Shown here in pieces: positions 53,822 through 64,000 of a DNA stretch of 64,000 nt. The position numbers were made by a program, and so were the translations under genes. The notes under the pieces were generated by a model. That model did no database searches, was not told where the DNA came from, and was given only the letters and a program-made list of their open reading frames with translations. Source of the stretch: Lytechinus pictus (taxonomy: Eukaryota); assembly GCF_037042905.1 (NCBI RefSeq), contig NC_087245.1, forward strand, positions 27,962,001 to 28,026,000. The letters are read 5' to 3'. Each line of letters opens with the position of its first letter. Within the stretch, counting starts at the first letter, position 1.

Positions 53822-54255
53822 GTAAGTGCACATTTTCTGGATCTTGATTTGGATTGTTACAACTCAACACTCGTGGGGAGTTGGGTAGGTGTGTGCAAAG
53901 ATTTCCTATCTTTGCAGGTATTGAGTTCCATTCTATCAGTATTTTGAGGATGATTGAGTGTTTGAAAAAAATATTTCCTGGAGCCAATTACAATATACAC
54001 TACTCAAAAAAAGTTAAGGACCACTTTTTAAAACGTACATAAAGATTTTATACAAGGTGTTTTATTTCTGGAAATACCTCAGTACAACTGTCCTAAATGT
54101 CCTTAAACACGCTGTAATCAATTTCACGCATGGGTGGTTTCAGTTGTTGCATAATGTCTCTCGCATCACTGCACATCCTGAAAAGTGGGCCCCGAGGGGT
54201 ATCAGCTACCGACATGAAGTGGTAAAAACGAATGTCTGAGTGTCTTTCAGGCAGT

Positions 54256-54787
54256 TCAGTAACGAGTGTGACCACCTCCTGCAGCAATAACGGCTTCACA
54301 GCGCTGTCTCATGGAGCTGATGAGGCGATTGATGTCTCTGACGTCCAGTGCATCCCATGCAGCCTCCAGAGCCACACCCAGCTGCTGCAGTCCAAGTGGA
54401 TGGGCTTCGAGCTGCTCGAGACTCCTCCCCATCATGTCCCAGACGTGCTCTATCGGGTTTAAGTCCGGGGACCTCGCTGGCCACTCCATACGCTCAATCC
54501 CCTGGCCCTCAAGGAACTCGGTCACCACCCTAGCTCGGTGGGCACGGGCATTGTCATCCATGAAAATGATGTTTTGTCCCACATTTTCTGCAAATGGCAC
54601 CACTATAGGTTCAAGGACCTCATCCCTGTACCTCACTCCTGTCATTGCTCCCCCTGGGACCACGTAGAGACGAGTACGGTTGGCGTAGGTGATGCCTCCC
54701 CACACCATGACGCTGCCTCCCCCATAACGGTCATGTTCTGCAATACAGGGGTCTGCAAATCTCTCTCCTGGTCGCCTCCAGACTCTC
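54256..54787 (-). pseudogene. Inverted duplicate of the transposase 3' half (intact frame, retains W)
   Basis: ORF 54256-54708 (-) reads ...PIEHVWDMMG...GGHTRY. Confidence 0.9.
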
Positions 54788-54981
54788 TACAATCAACAAA
54801 TTGCTGACAACAGCAATACCAAGATACAGCTGTCCAGGATGCCATCAAACACAATGAAATCAATTTCACACATGCAGTTCTTTCATGTCTCTTGCATCAT
54901 TGCAATGTGCCCGTACAAAAGTGGCTTCCAAAGCATTTTCTGTCTTTAGTCTGTACAATCAACAACTTGCCTACAACAGCA

Positions 54982-56010
54982 ATGCCAAGACACCACCTAA
55001 GTGAAACAGATGTAGCCAGAGCCCTAGGGATGCTGGAAGCTGGCCTCAGTCAGCGAAGAGTAGCCAGAATGATGGGCGTGTCACACAGTGTCATTAGCAG
55101 AGCAAATCAAAGACACCGAGAGACAGGGCTATACTCCGAGAGACCCCGCAGTGGCCGACCAGTTTCGACAACCCCTAGAGATGATCGCTACTTGACGAAT
55201 CTCAGCCTCCGCAACCGCTTTCACAGTGCACGCCGCCTCAACAATGACTTCGCTGCAGCAACTGGAGTGATTGTTTCCACTCAAACAATCCGTAACCGAC
55301 TTCACAGAGCCAATATGCATGCCAGACGGCCAGCTCAGTGTGTCCCACTCACCCCTGCTCACAGAAGAATTCGTCTCAACTGGGCCCGGGAGCATGTCAG
55401 ATGGACCAGACAGCAATGGCGTAGAGTTCTGTTCACAGATGAGAGCAGATTTTCCCTTGACCACAATGATGGACGTTCGAGAGTCTGGAGGCGACCAGGA
55501 GAGAGATTTGCAGACCCCTGTATTGCAGAACATGACCGTTATGGGGGAGGCAGCGTCATGGTGTGGGGAGGCATCACCTACGCCAACCGTACTCGTCTCT
55601 ACGTGGTCCCAGGGGGAGCAATGACAGGAGTGAGGTACAGGGATGAGGTCCTTGAACCTATAGTGGTGCCATTTGCAGAAAATGTGGGACAAAACATCAT
55701 TTTCATGGATGACAATGCCCGTGCCCACCGAGCTAGGGTGGTGACCGAGTTCCTTGAGGGCCAGGGGATTGAGCGTATGGAGTGGCCAGCGAGGTCCCCG
55801 GACTTAAACCCGATAGAGCACGTCTGAGACATGATGGGGAGGAGTCTCAAGCAGCTCGAAGCCCATCCACTTGGACTGCAGCAGCTGGGTGTGGCTCTGG
55901 AGGCTGCATGGGATGCACTGGACGTCAGAGACATCAATCGCCTCATCAGCTCCATGAGACAGCGCTGTGAAGCCGTTATTGCTGCAGGAGGTGGTCACAC
56001 TCGTTACTGA
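54982..56010 (+). pseudogene. Tc1 DD34E transposase, 342 codons, single TGG>TGA nonsense at 55825-55827
   Basis: HTH region, GRP motif, FTDESRF, MDDNARAH, then 34 residues to E in SPDLNPIEH. Confidence 0.92.
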
Positions 56011-57127
56011 ACTGCCTGAAAGACACTCAGACATTCGTTTTTACCACTTCATGTCGGTAGCTGATACCCCTCGGGGCCCACTTTTCAGGATGTGCAGTGA
56101 TGCGAGAGACATTGTGCAACAACTGAAACCACCCATGCGTGAAATTGATTACAGCGTGTTTAAGGACATTTAGGACGGTTGTACTGAGGTATTTCCAGAA
56201 ATAAAACACCTTGTATAAAATCTTTATGTACGTTTTAAAAAGTGGTCCTTAACTTTTTTTGAGTAGTGTATGATGTGTTGTAACTCCTAGTTAATGGCTG
56301 ACAGGGTTTAGCATGTTGTGGACTTCATCTCTCTGTAAATGTAATCCTACCAAGTTCTGCTGTAGTAATTATTAACAAATCTAGCAGCGTTTCTTTCCAT
56401 TGTCAAAACTTCTGATTTACTATCAATAACTGGGATATACTCATTTGATTTGCTAGTTCATTACGATTAACTTGCACACCGAATAAAAGTACACAATTTT
56501 TCCTGCGCGCACTATCCCAAGATCATCACGCAAATAGGCGTCCATTTCCTCTTTTACTTTCGCCTGCCGCCGTGATCAGACGTTAGCTAAGTACACTCCC
56601 ACTTTGCTTTTTTAAAGTGTCCGTTGTTGATATATTTATCTATATATTTAATGCCTATTTCAATCCTTTGCCTTTCGGCTTTAGATTGATTTCATTTACA
56701 ACATGTATATCTCTCTGCGCGGAGCCTTCGTGTTATTTATTCACGTTTTCTTCAAATAAACTTATGAGTTCCGAACCGTCAGTTTCGTTTTCTCACAGAC
56801 GGGTTGCCTCCGCTTCCCTTCCCCGTATAGCTCCGCGCTCTCCTGCGTGCCGCAGGCACTGATGCCACGCTCCCTTTTCTTCTTTATAATCCTTCAGAGC
56901 TTCCAAGTCTTCCGGATCCTGCGGGAGAATACTGGATTACGATCCAATCTCCCGTTCTCCCGACCCCATGCCAAAATCTCCCGGATAATCAGGATTTTTA
57001 GCTGTTAAATTGTAAAATTCATACAAACGACTGTTTTACGAGTCTAGCATGTTCAACTCCCTAACACCCACGTGGAACCTCCTTATCACATTTTCATTTT
57101 ACCCAGTAACTTTTACCAGTTTTTTTA

Positions 57128-60100
57128 TAATCGTACGTTGATTTCCAATGTAGGTGGTGTGGCTGTATACATATCGAAAAAGTTCAATTACAAAAAAAGG
57201 GATGATCTGATTTCACCAAATTTAGAATGTATTTGGTTTGAATTGCATTATCCAAACAAGTCTCCAATTCTGGTTGGGGAGTTTTATAGACCTCCGAATT
57301 CTCATGTTGATTTCTTTGAAGAATTAGACAGAAACTTGGATGCTGCTCTCTTGGAAGATATGAGCAGTATTATTTTGGGTGATTTCAACTGTGATTGTAT
57401 GCCACAACAAAATGATGTGAATGGGGAAAAAATAAAGTTTTATACAAATATGTACGGGCTGAGTCAGCTTATTGATACTGCTACAAGAGTTACAAATACC
57501 TCTGCCACTTTAATTGATTTGATATTTGTATCAGACAAAGAACTATACAGTGAATGGGGAATATTTGAAACTAGTATAAGTGATCATTATTTGGTGTATA
57601 CAATTCGCGATTTCAGTGCTAAGATGTATAAAGATTCAGAATTTGCAGAATTTCGTTCATTTAAAAATCTTGATGAGGAAACATTTTATAGCGAATTGAG
57701 AAATATTCCTTGGCAGGTCGTAAAAGATATAGATGATGTTGATGTTGCTTGGGATGTATGGTTGACTTTTTTCAATGATGTAATCAACAGGCACATTCCC
57801 TTTTGTAAAAAGCGGATAAGAAAAAAAGCTTGTCCTTGGATATCTGACGAGGTCGTCAAGCTAATGAAGGAACGTGATAAGGTTCTAAAAACAGCTAAAG
57901 TTAACAAAAATAATGATATTTGGGACACATACAAATTTCTGAAAAATAAAGTTATTCATCTCATGAGAAAAAGTAAAAAAGAATATAATGCTAACCAGAT
58001 TTCACAAAATCAAAACAATAGTAAGAAAATGTGGAGATGTTTGAGAGAACTTGTGCCCAAGTCATTACCTATTTCTCCCAACACCATAAACGTAGATGGA
58101 ACAGATGTGTCGGGCAATGCAAATATTGCTGAAGCATTTAATGAATTTTTCAATTCAAATGCTACTAATATTACTAAGGACCTGCAAAGGGATACGTCTC
58201 AACAGAGAGTTCAAGTAGAAGATGATACAAATGTTGGTTCAATTCACTCTCAATTTGAGCTAGAGTTGATTACTAGAGATTTTATTTTGAAACAGATTGA
58301 TAATCTGAGTATAGATAAATCAACTGGGGAAGATCATGTCAGCTGCAAACTTTTAAAGATGACAAAAAATATTATCGCAGAGTCCCTTTGTGATATTATT
58401 AACAAATCCCTTACTACTGGAGTTGTTCCTCGTGAATGGAAAAAGGCTCGGGTAGTACCAATATTTAAATCTGGTGATATGTCTTCGTTGAATAATTACC
58501 GCCCAATTTCTATATTACCAATCGTTAGTAAAATTTTAGAAAGGGCTGTTCACCAACAGCTAAGTGAATTCTTGGACGTGAATGATTTATTACACCCAAA
58601 TCAATCTGGTTTTCGGCCTATGCATTCAACAACTACTGCCCTTGCAAAACTTGTAAATCAGTGGTCGTTAAACATTGATAACAATTTAATTTCTGGAGTT
58701 GCGTTCATAGATCTTCGGAAGGCCTTTGATACCGTGGACCATGAGCTGCTTTTAAAGAAATTAACTTGCATTGGTTGTAGTAAGAGGACTATCACTTGGT
58801 TCAAATCATATTTATTTGATCGACAACAAGTGACACAATTCAAAGGAGCCAAATCGCACCCTTCAATCGTCAAATTAGGCGTGCCACAAGGGTCAATTCT
58901 AGGTCCCCTTTTATTTTCAATATATGTTAATAGTTTACCTGAATGTATTCATGAAGGTATTATAGATATGTACGCTGACGACACGACACTTACCGTCAGT
59001 GCGAATGATGCGACAGTTTTGGAAGAAAAATTAACTGTTGCATTAAACAAGGTCATGGCATGGATTAAAGATAATCAGCTCGTCCTCAACACTGAAAAAA
59101 CTTGTGTCATGATAATAGGTTCTCGTGCTAATCTCAGGAAAATAGATTCTTTCACGATTTCGTTAAACGGTGATTTGATAAATAGGGTTCAATTCACCAA
59201 ATGCTTAGGAGTTTTGATAGATGAAGAACTGAAATGGTCAAAACAAATTGAAAATGTATGTAAACTTACTCAGAAAAGCATTGGCATAATAAAGAGAGCG
59301 AAAAGTTCTTTGCCTGTGCAGTCCTTAAAGTTGCTTTATAACAGTTTAGTGTTGCCAAGATTTGATTACTGTTCTGCTGTATGGTCGAATAGATTTCAAT
59401 CCCATACAATTAAGCTGCAAAAAATTCAGAAGAGGGCTGCAAGAATTATATTGAACAAGACATACGACACACCGTCGGCTGATTTGTTCACAAGTCTTAA
59501 ATGGATGACACTAGACAAATGATTTGAGCTCAGTCGCGTTTTGATGATATTTAAATGTGTTCATAATTTAGCACCTTCTTACCTTCAGGTAAACTTAACC
59601 AATCCAAATGATGTACATGAACATCATACCAGACAGAGAGACAGTGGATATTTACGCATGCCCAAGTTTCGCACTGATTGTTATAAGTGTAGTCCAATCG
59701 TATCTTCAATATTTGAATGGAATAAGCTTGATAATTCAATTAGAACAGCTCCTTCTGTCATTTCATTTAAGAGAATGTTTAAAAGAACTTGTAATTTATA
59801 AATAACTTGCGGAACATCCACTGTTGTGCTTATTTTGTGTTAGCATGACCTTGATGATTTGGTGTATATTATCAGTATTTTCAAGATGTCCTTCTTAATT
59901 AATTTGATTTATTGATATTTTATTATACGTCAAACGAGTGCCCGTCTGCGTTTTGTTTGCTGCTAAGTTTGTTAATGTTTCGTTTTACATTCAAATCCTA
60001 ATGTGAATCTTAATGCTGTAACATTCTGTACATACGTTATGCATTTTGTAAATATGTTTATTGTTATTCAGGGCCCCATGGAAGACCACTACTTATTGGT

Positions 60101-60157
60101 GAATGGGCTACCCTGTCAAAATATCAGAAATAAATAAATAAATAAAAATAAATAAAA
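57128..60157 (+). mobile_element. 5'-truncated CR1/L2-group (Crack/Daphne-like) LINE: partial APE endonuclease + reverse transcriptase, 3' UTR and (AAAT)n tail
   Basis: YRPP, ILGDFN, SDH (endonuclease); NYRPIS, DLRKAFDTV, GVPQGSILGP, YADDT (RT); one in-frame TGA at 59520-59522, frame continues to 59801; tail aaataaataaataaat. Confidence 0.92.
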
Positions 60158-60977
60158 ATGTAAATGAAGATAATTTTACTGAACGACTGGTGAATTAGTC
60201 TAACAAGCCATTTTATTTCCGGGTTCTGCAATGTGTGTGATGGAAACACTTCAGCGGCACTCCATGCACATGCCCCCCGATGCGCCCCGGCGCGGCCCTG
60301 CCTGGTCTCCAGCCGGCCGCGCTGCGCCAGGGGGCTACGAGAAGGGAAGTCCAAGAGCACTGCGAGGCATTTTTCGTAAGCTCGTGTGCGCTTTATTCGA
60401 GCTGAAACTGGATCAACGATGGGATTAACAAGTGGATTTCAGGAGTAATTTTATTGACAATCCTGAAGAACAGAAGCAAAGTGGAGATTTTTTCGCCTAC
60501 GGTACTTTCACTTGGGTTGATCGGATTCGAACATTTTCTCTTTCGTGAGTGAGCTAGCCTGGCCTGGCGCTGGCTGACTGAGCTGTGCGAAGCACGCCCC
60601 GTCGGCCGTCCCGATAAATTTATCCACACTACAATCTCATTGTCAGTGACCATGGAGATCATGGAGATGGAGTCATCCAAGACCAAGATGACAAAATATT
60701 TTTTCGAAGTATAAAGATAATTTTCAAGTGGAATGGGACTGTGTGACAATTTTCACAGCAATCCCTCAGAGACTTTAAACAGGCCATTATATTTATAATT
60801 ATAAGTCTTTACAGGGCCAGGCAAGCTCATTTACCATGTTTACCACTACTGCAGCCCCTTCCCCCTCTGGATAAACTAAAGGTTTTTCCATGTTGAATGC
60901 ATTCTTTTATGAATTATTTAAAAAAGATACTGTATTGCCTGAAGTATATATTTAGTCAATGACAATTCATGAAATTC

Positions 60978-61342
60978 GTGGAAGCGTCGTGGTGTAGCGG
61001 TTCTGACTCTCGCCTTGTAATCAGAGGGTCGTGTGTTCGAATCCCACCATGGCCTAGCGTCCTTTGGCAAGGCGTTAATCCACACTTTGCCACTCTCCAC
61101 CCAGGTGTTAAATGGGTACCCGGTAGGATGTGAAAGCCTATATGTAGTATGCCTAGCAATTGAGTCTTGGAACTCTTGTTGGAATGCTCCCCAGGGAGTG
61201 GAGAAGGTGCATACATTGTATGCGGGCATGCAAGGATCCGATGACCGGGGTAATAATACATGTATGTCTGTAAAGCGCTTAGAGACGTCGTTCCGATGTA
61301 TTAAGCGCTATATAAATGCGGAATATTATTATTATTATTATT
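60978..61342 (+). mobile_element. Full-length tRNA-derived SINE (SINE2)
   Basis: A-box gtggtgtagcgg, B-box gttcgaatcc, core ccacccaggtgttaaatgggtacc, LINE-like tail aagcgctatataaat..(att)n. Confidence 0.92.
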
Positions 61343-62825
61343 AAATCTCTCTAATGTGCATTTATCTATCTGCAAAAAGTTTTGATGGTTTAGACAGCTG
61401 TCAGTTACTATCAAATGCTGTTTCTTAATGTGTTTTGCAACCCAAAACTCCCATCCGTGGGACAACGTTCCGCCGCTCCCTCACAAAATCATACCTCCGC
61501 GAAATCTACTGGATTCTATCTTCCCAATGTTGGCAGCTCTGATCCTTTATAATTCTTGACTTGCTCCTTTGCCTCGTCTTAAATTGAATTGATTTTATTT
61601 CCTCTCCACAGCTTAGGCTATGTTGGACAGGTAGGAGCGTCGTCCTTGTTTGTTCTCAAACTTGTTTTCAACTTTGTTGTTCTTGTTTTGATTCGGTTGA
61701 TTGTTCTCCTTGTGTCTCAATCAATCTTTTGTTCTTGATTGATTAATTGATTGATTGATTAATTAATTGATTAATTAACTAATTGGTTAATTTTTAATTA
61801 ATTTTAATAATTATTTTGTATTGAATTTTTTTTTTTTTTAGACTTATTGTCTTAAAAAAAATTTCTCTTAAAACTTTTTTGGGAAGCCCCCCTGTTCTTT
61901 ATTAGCGTCCTTTGTTTGCGCTAATGAGTTTCGGCTTTCCAGTTTAAGGGAAGTAAGCTTTTACTTCTTCCTTTCAGATCAGCTCCTTTTACTCGTCAAA
62001 AAAAAAAAATCTTGTGTTTTTTTTTTTTAGCTGATCCTGCTCTTCGTCTTGTTTTCTGTTTTTAATTAATTAACGTCATGTCTCGTGTAATTAATTTTTA
62101 AAAAAACTTTTTTTTTTCTCACTTGAGCATCTTAACTTAGTTTCAGAACTCATGTTTAAGAAGTCGGTCCTGTTTGTTAATAACCGGAGTTATTAATTTT
62201 ATTATTAATAATTCTGAAAGGGATCTTGTTTTGTAACCTTTCTTGCCCACCCACCCCTCCGCCCTCGCTCTGTTTGCGACCCTCCTTTTGTTCTTTCAGG
62301 CTAAGAACTTACCAGGTAGATGAGCTCTTTCGACTCATCTCTTGATGACTCCATACCTGCCGCTGGGAGAGAACCAGACATGGTATTTTGTCCCTGTGAT
62401 CAGCGGCGGTGAGTATGAGGGCAAGAGAGTGAGACCCTTTGCGAAGGGCTCTATAAAGGGTGGAACCGTAGAGTTGCGTCCACGTGCCCAAGACCTTGGA
62501 ACCACGCCCACGTGCCTGAAAGGTGATAGCCAAGGCTCCCTCGACGGGACCTGAACCTATTTTGGGGAGTGTTGTACTAGTATAGAAAACCTCACTCCTC
62601 CAGGGCTGCTTGACCCACCAGCTATCGGGTCCAACAAGTCCAGGTTAAGAGCGTGGGACTCTTTTCCCGGCACAGACTAGGCTCGATGCTTTGTCACTAT
62701 CCGTCAGGGAGCACTAGCAAAGGGCTACCACCCCCTAGTCGCTAGAGACATGTGAGCTCGACCCTGTCGATCTCACGATTATCTGATCAGGTCGGAACCG
62801 TGGAATCGCGTCCACGTGCCCTTAA

Positions 62826-63575
62826 CCCTAACTTGGCCGGGCTTTTTTTGCTGTTCTGTGGCTGGGGGGGGGGGTTGATTCAACCCCCCCTGAGATCTCG
62901 GCCGCCGATCATGCGAGCGCCGCAAAAATTTACACGCTGTTAGTGTGCGATGTAATCTACAAGGCTGTATGGTAAAATTTTCCCAAATAATGAGATATTA
63001 TTTTATATGAATTAATTATGCTAATTTATTCATAAATCATACTTTTTACTCTAATTCACTAAATAAAGCTCCTAGAATGCTAATTTTTGGTAAAAATATT
63101 CTTTGTAGCATTCTTAATAATCGCAATTAAAAAAAACTTTGGTTTGGAAATCAATTTCTTATGTATTTTATTGTTTTATGAATTTCTTTGTTTTTCAACC
63201 TTTTGTTTTTCTTTGTTTTTTTTCACCAGATTTATTGCACAACCTTTTTGAACCATAATTATGCTAAAATCAATTGATTTCAGCTGTTTAAAGTAAAAAT
63301 AATCATATCTTTATGAATAAGATGAGAAAACTCAATTTGCATTGACTTTGTACACAAAATCACGTTTTGGAACAATTTTTGGTCTGACATGCACTTACAA
63401 AATGTTGCGTAATTTCGGAACCACGTACCCGGGCGTCGTAAATTTCTCAAAAGATGCGGGAGACTTAAAAGTATAAACTCTGCGAGTGGCGCGGTCAAAA
63501 AAATTACGCGCGGCGGAATGATCGCAGAAAATGTTGAGGGGGGTTGATTCAACCCCCCCCCCGGCCATTTTAGGG
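62826..63575. mobile_element. piggyBac-like MITE, 750 bp, TTAA duplication
   Basis: ttaa|ccctaacttggccggg ... cccggccattttaggg|ttaa; internal palindrome gggttgattcaaccc near both ends. Confidence 0.88.
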
Positions 63576-64000
63576 TTAAAGGTGGAACCGTGGAATTAGC
63601 GTGCATGTGCCTGAATGGCTTGATCAAATTTGGGTGACTTTTCTCATGCGAGATATCACGTCCCCCCTGTCTCTTGTGCCCTCTTCTGCCCCCCCAGCGG
63701 GGGCCGCATAGAAGAGGAAGAAGAAGAAATTCTAGGTCGCTAACCCCGCTTCGCGGGCAGACCTTTCTTTCTGATTCTTGTGCCGATGGCATCTCGAGCA
63801 TCATGTATTTTTATCCTCATGCTCCCCGTCAGCTAAAACCGCCGTGTCAAGCACCGGGCAGGTCAAGCAGACATTCGCCATCTCACACCTAGGAGAGTCA
63901 CCGGCAATTTCATGATTCGCCGAGGGAAATCCCCGCTAATACACAGGTGTTATCGACATATGGGCGTCGCCCCCCATTATGTCACCAGACTCCCGATAAC

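Larger units (their letters stand above)
53998..56268. mobile_element. Rearranged Tc1 element with 790-bp inverted arms (53998-54787 / 55479-56268), TA target duplication
   Basis: ta|cactactcaaaaaaagttaagga ... tccttaactttttttgagtagtg|ta; the arms include the transposase 3' half. Confidence 0.95.
56895..61541. mobile_element. hAT-like non-autonomous element with 6-bp target duplication, hosting a LINE and a SINE
   Basis: atcctt|cagagcttccaa ... ttggcagctctg|atcctt. Confidence 0.65.

Noticed and set aside
54232-56209. Several mirrored short ORFs on both strands
   Set aside because: Alternative-frame and antisense by-products of the inverted transposase duplication.
57072-57127. Start of the 816-aa ORF as a true N-terminus
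   Set aside because: GTG start lies in flanking element sequence. Endonuclease similarity begins around 57128, so the LINE is 5'-truncated.
60978-61055. tRNA gene
   Set aside because: The tRNA-like head continues into a SINE body and tail, and a second dispersed copy exists at 26156-26518.
62328-62342. Hairpin near 62320-62342 as a possible hammerhead ribozyme
   Set aside because: No CUGAUGA...GAAA core in the required arrangement.

Overview
Eukaryotic, AT-rich animal genomic DNA. The SINE/MITE repertoire suggests a marine invertebrate, plausibly a sea urchin (inference). Positions 269-53821 hold 52 consecutive + strand GT-AG exons of one very large gene, with no start or stop codon in the window. 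Read by hand, they splice into one phase-consistent open frame of 11,592 nt (3,864 aa). The protein is nine tandem ~390-600 aa units, each a beta-solenoid-like part plus a GGxGG-rich part. Two units carry a galactose-binding/discoidin-like insert and one carries a furin-like Cys-rich insert. The introns hold many transposon relics: SINEs, L2/CR1 fragments, several MITE classes and a 4-kb fold-back element. After 53821 the window is a transposon nest: a Tc1 (DD34E) element rearranged into a 790-bp near-perfect inverted repeat, a hAT-like element containing a 5'-truncated LINE and a SINE, and a piggyBac-like MITE. Non-coding DNA is strongly enriched in TACATGTA-type motifs, which in paired repeat copies appear as insertions at TA and match Tc1/mariner excision footprints.
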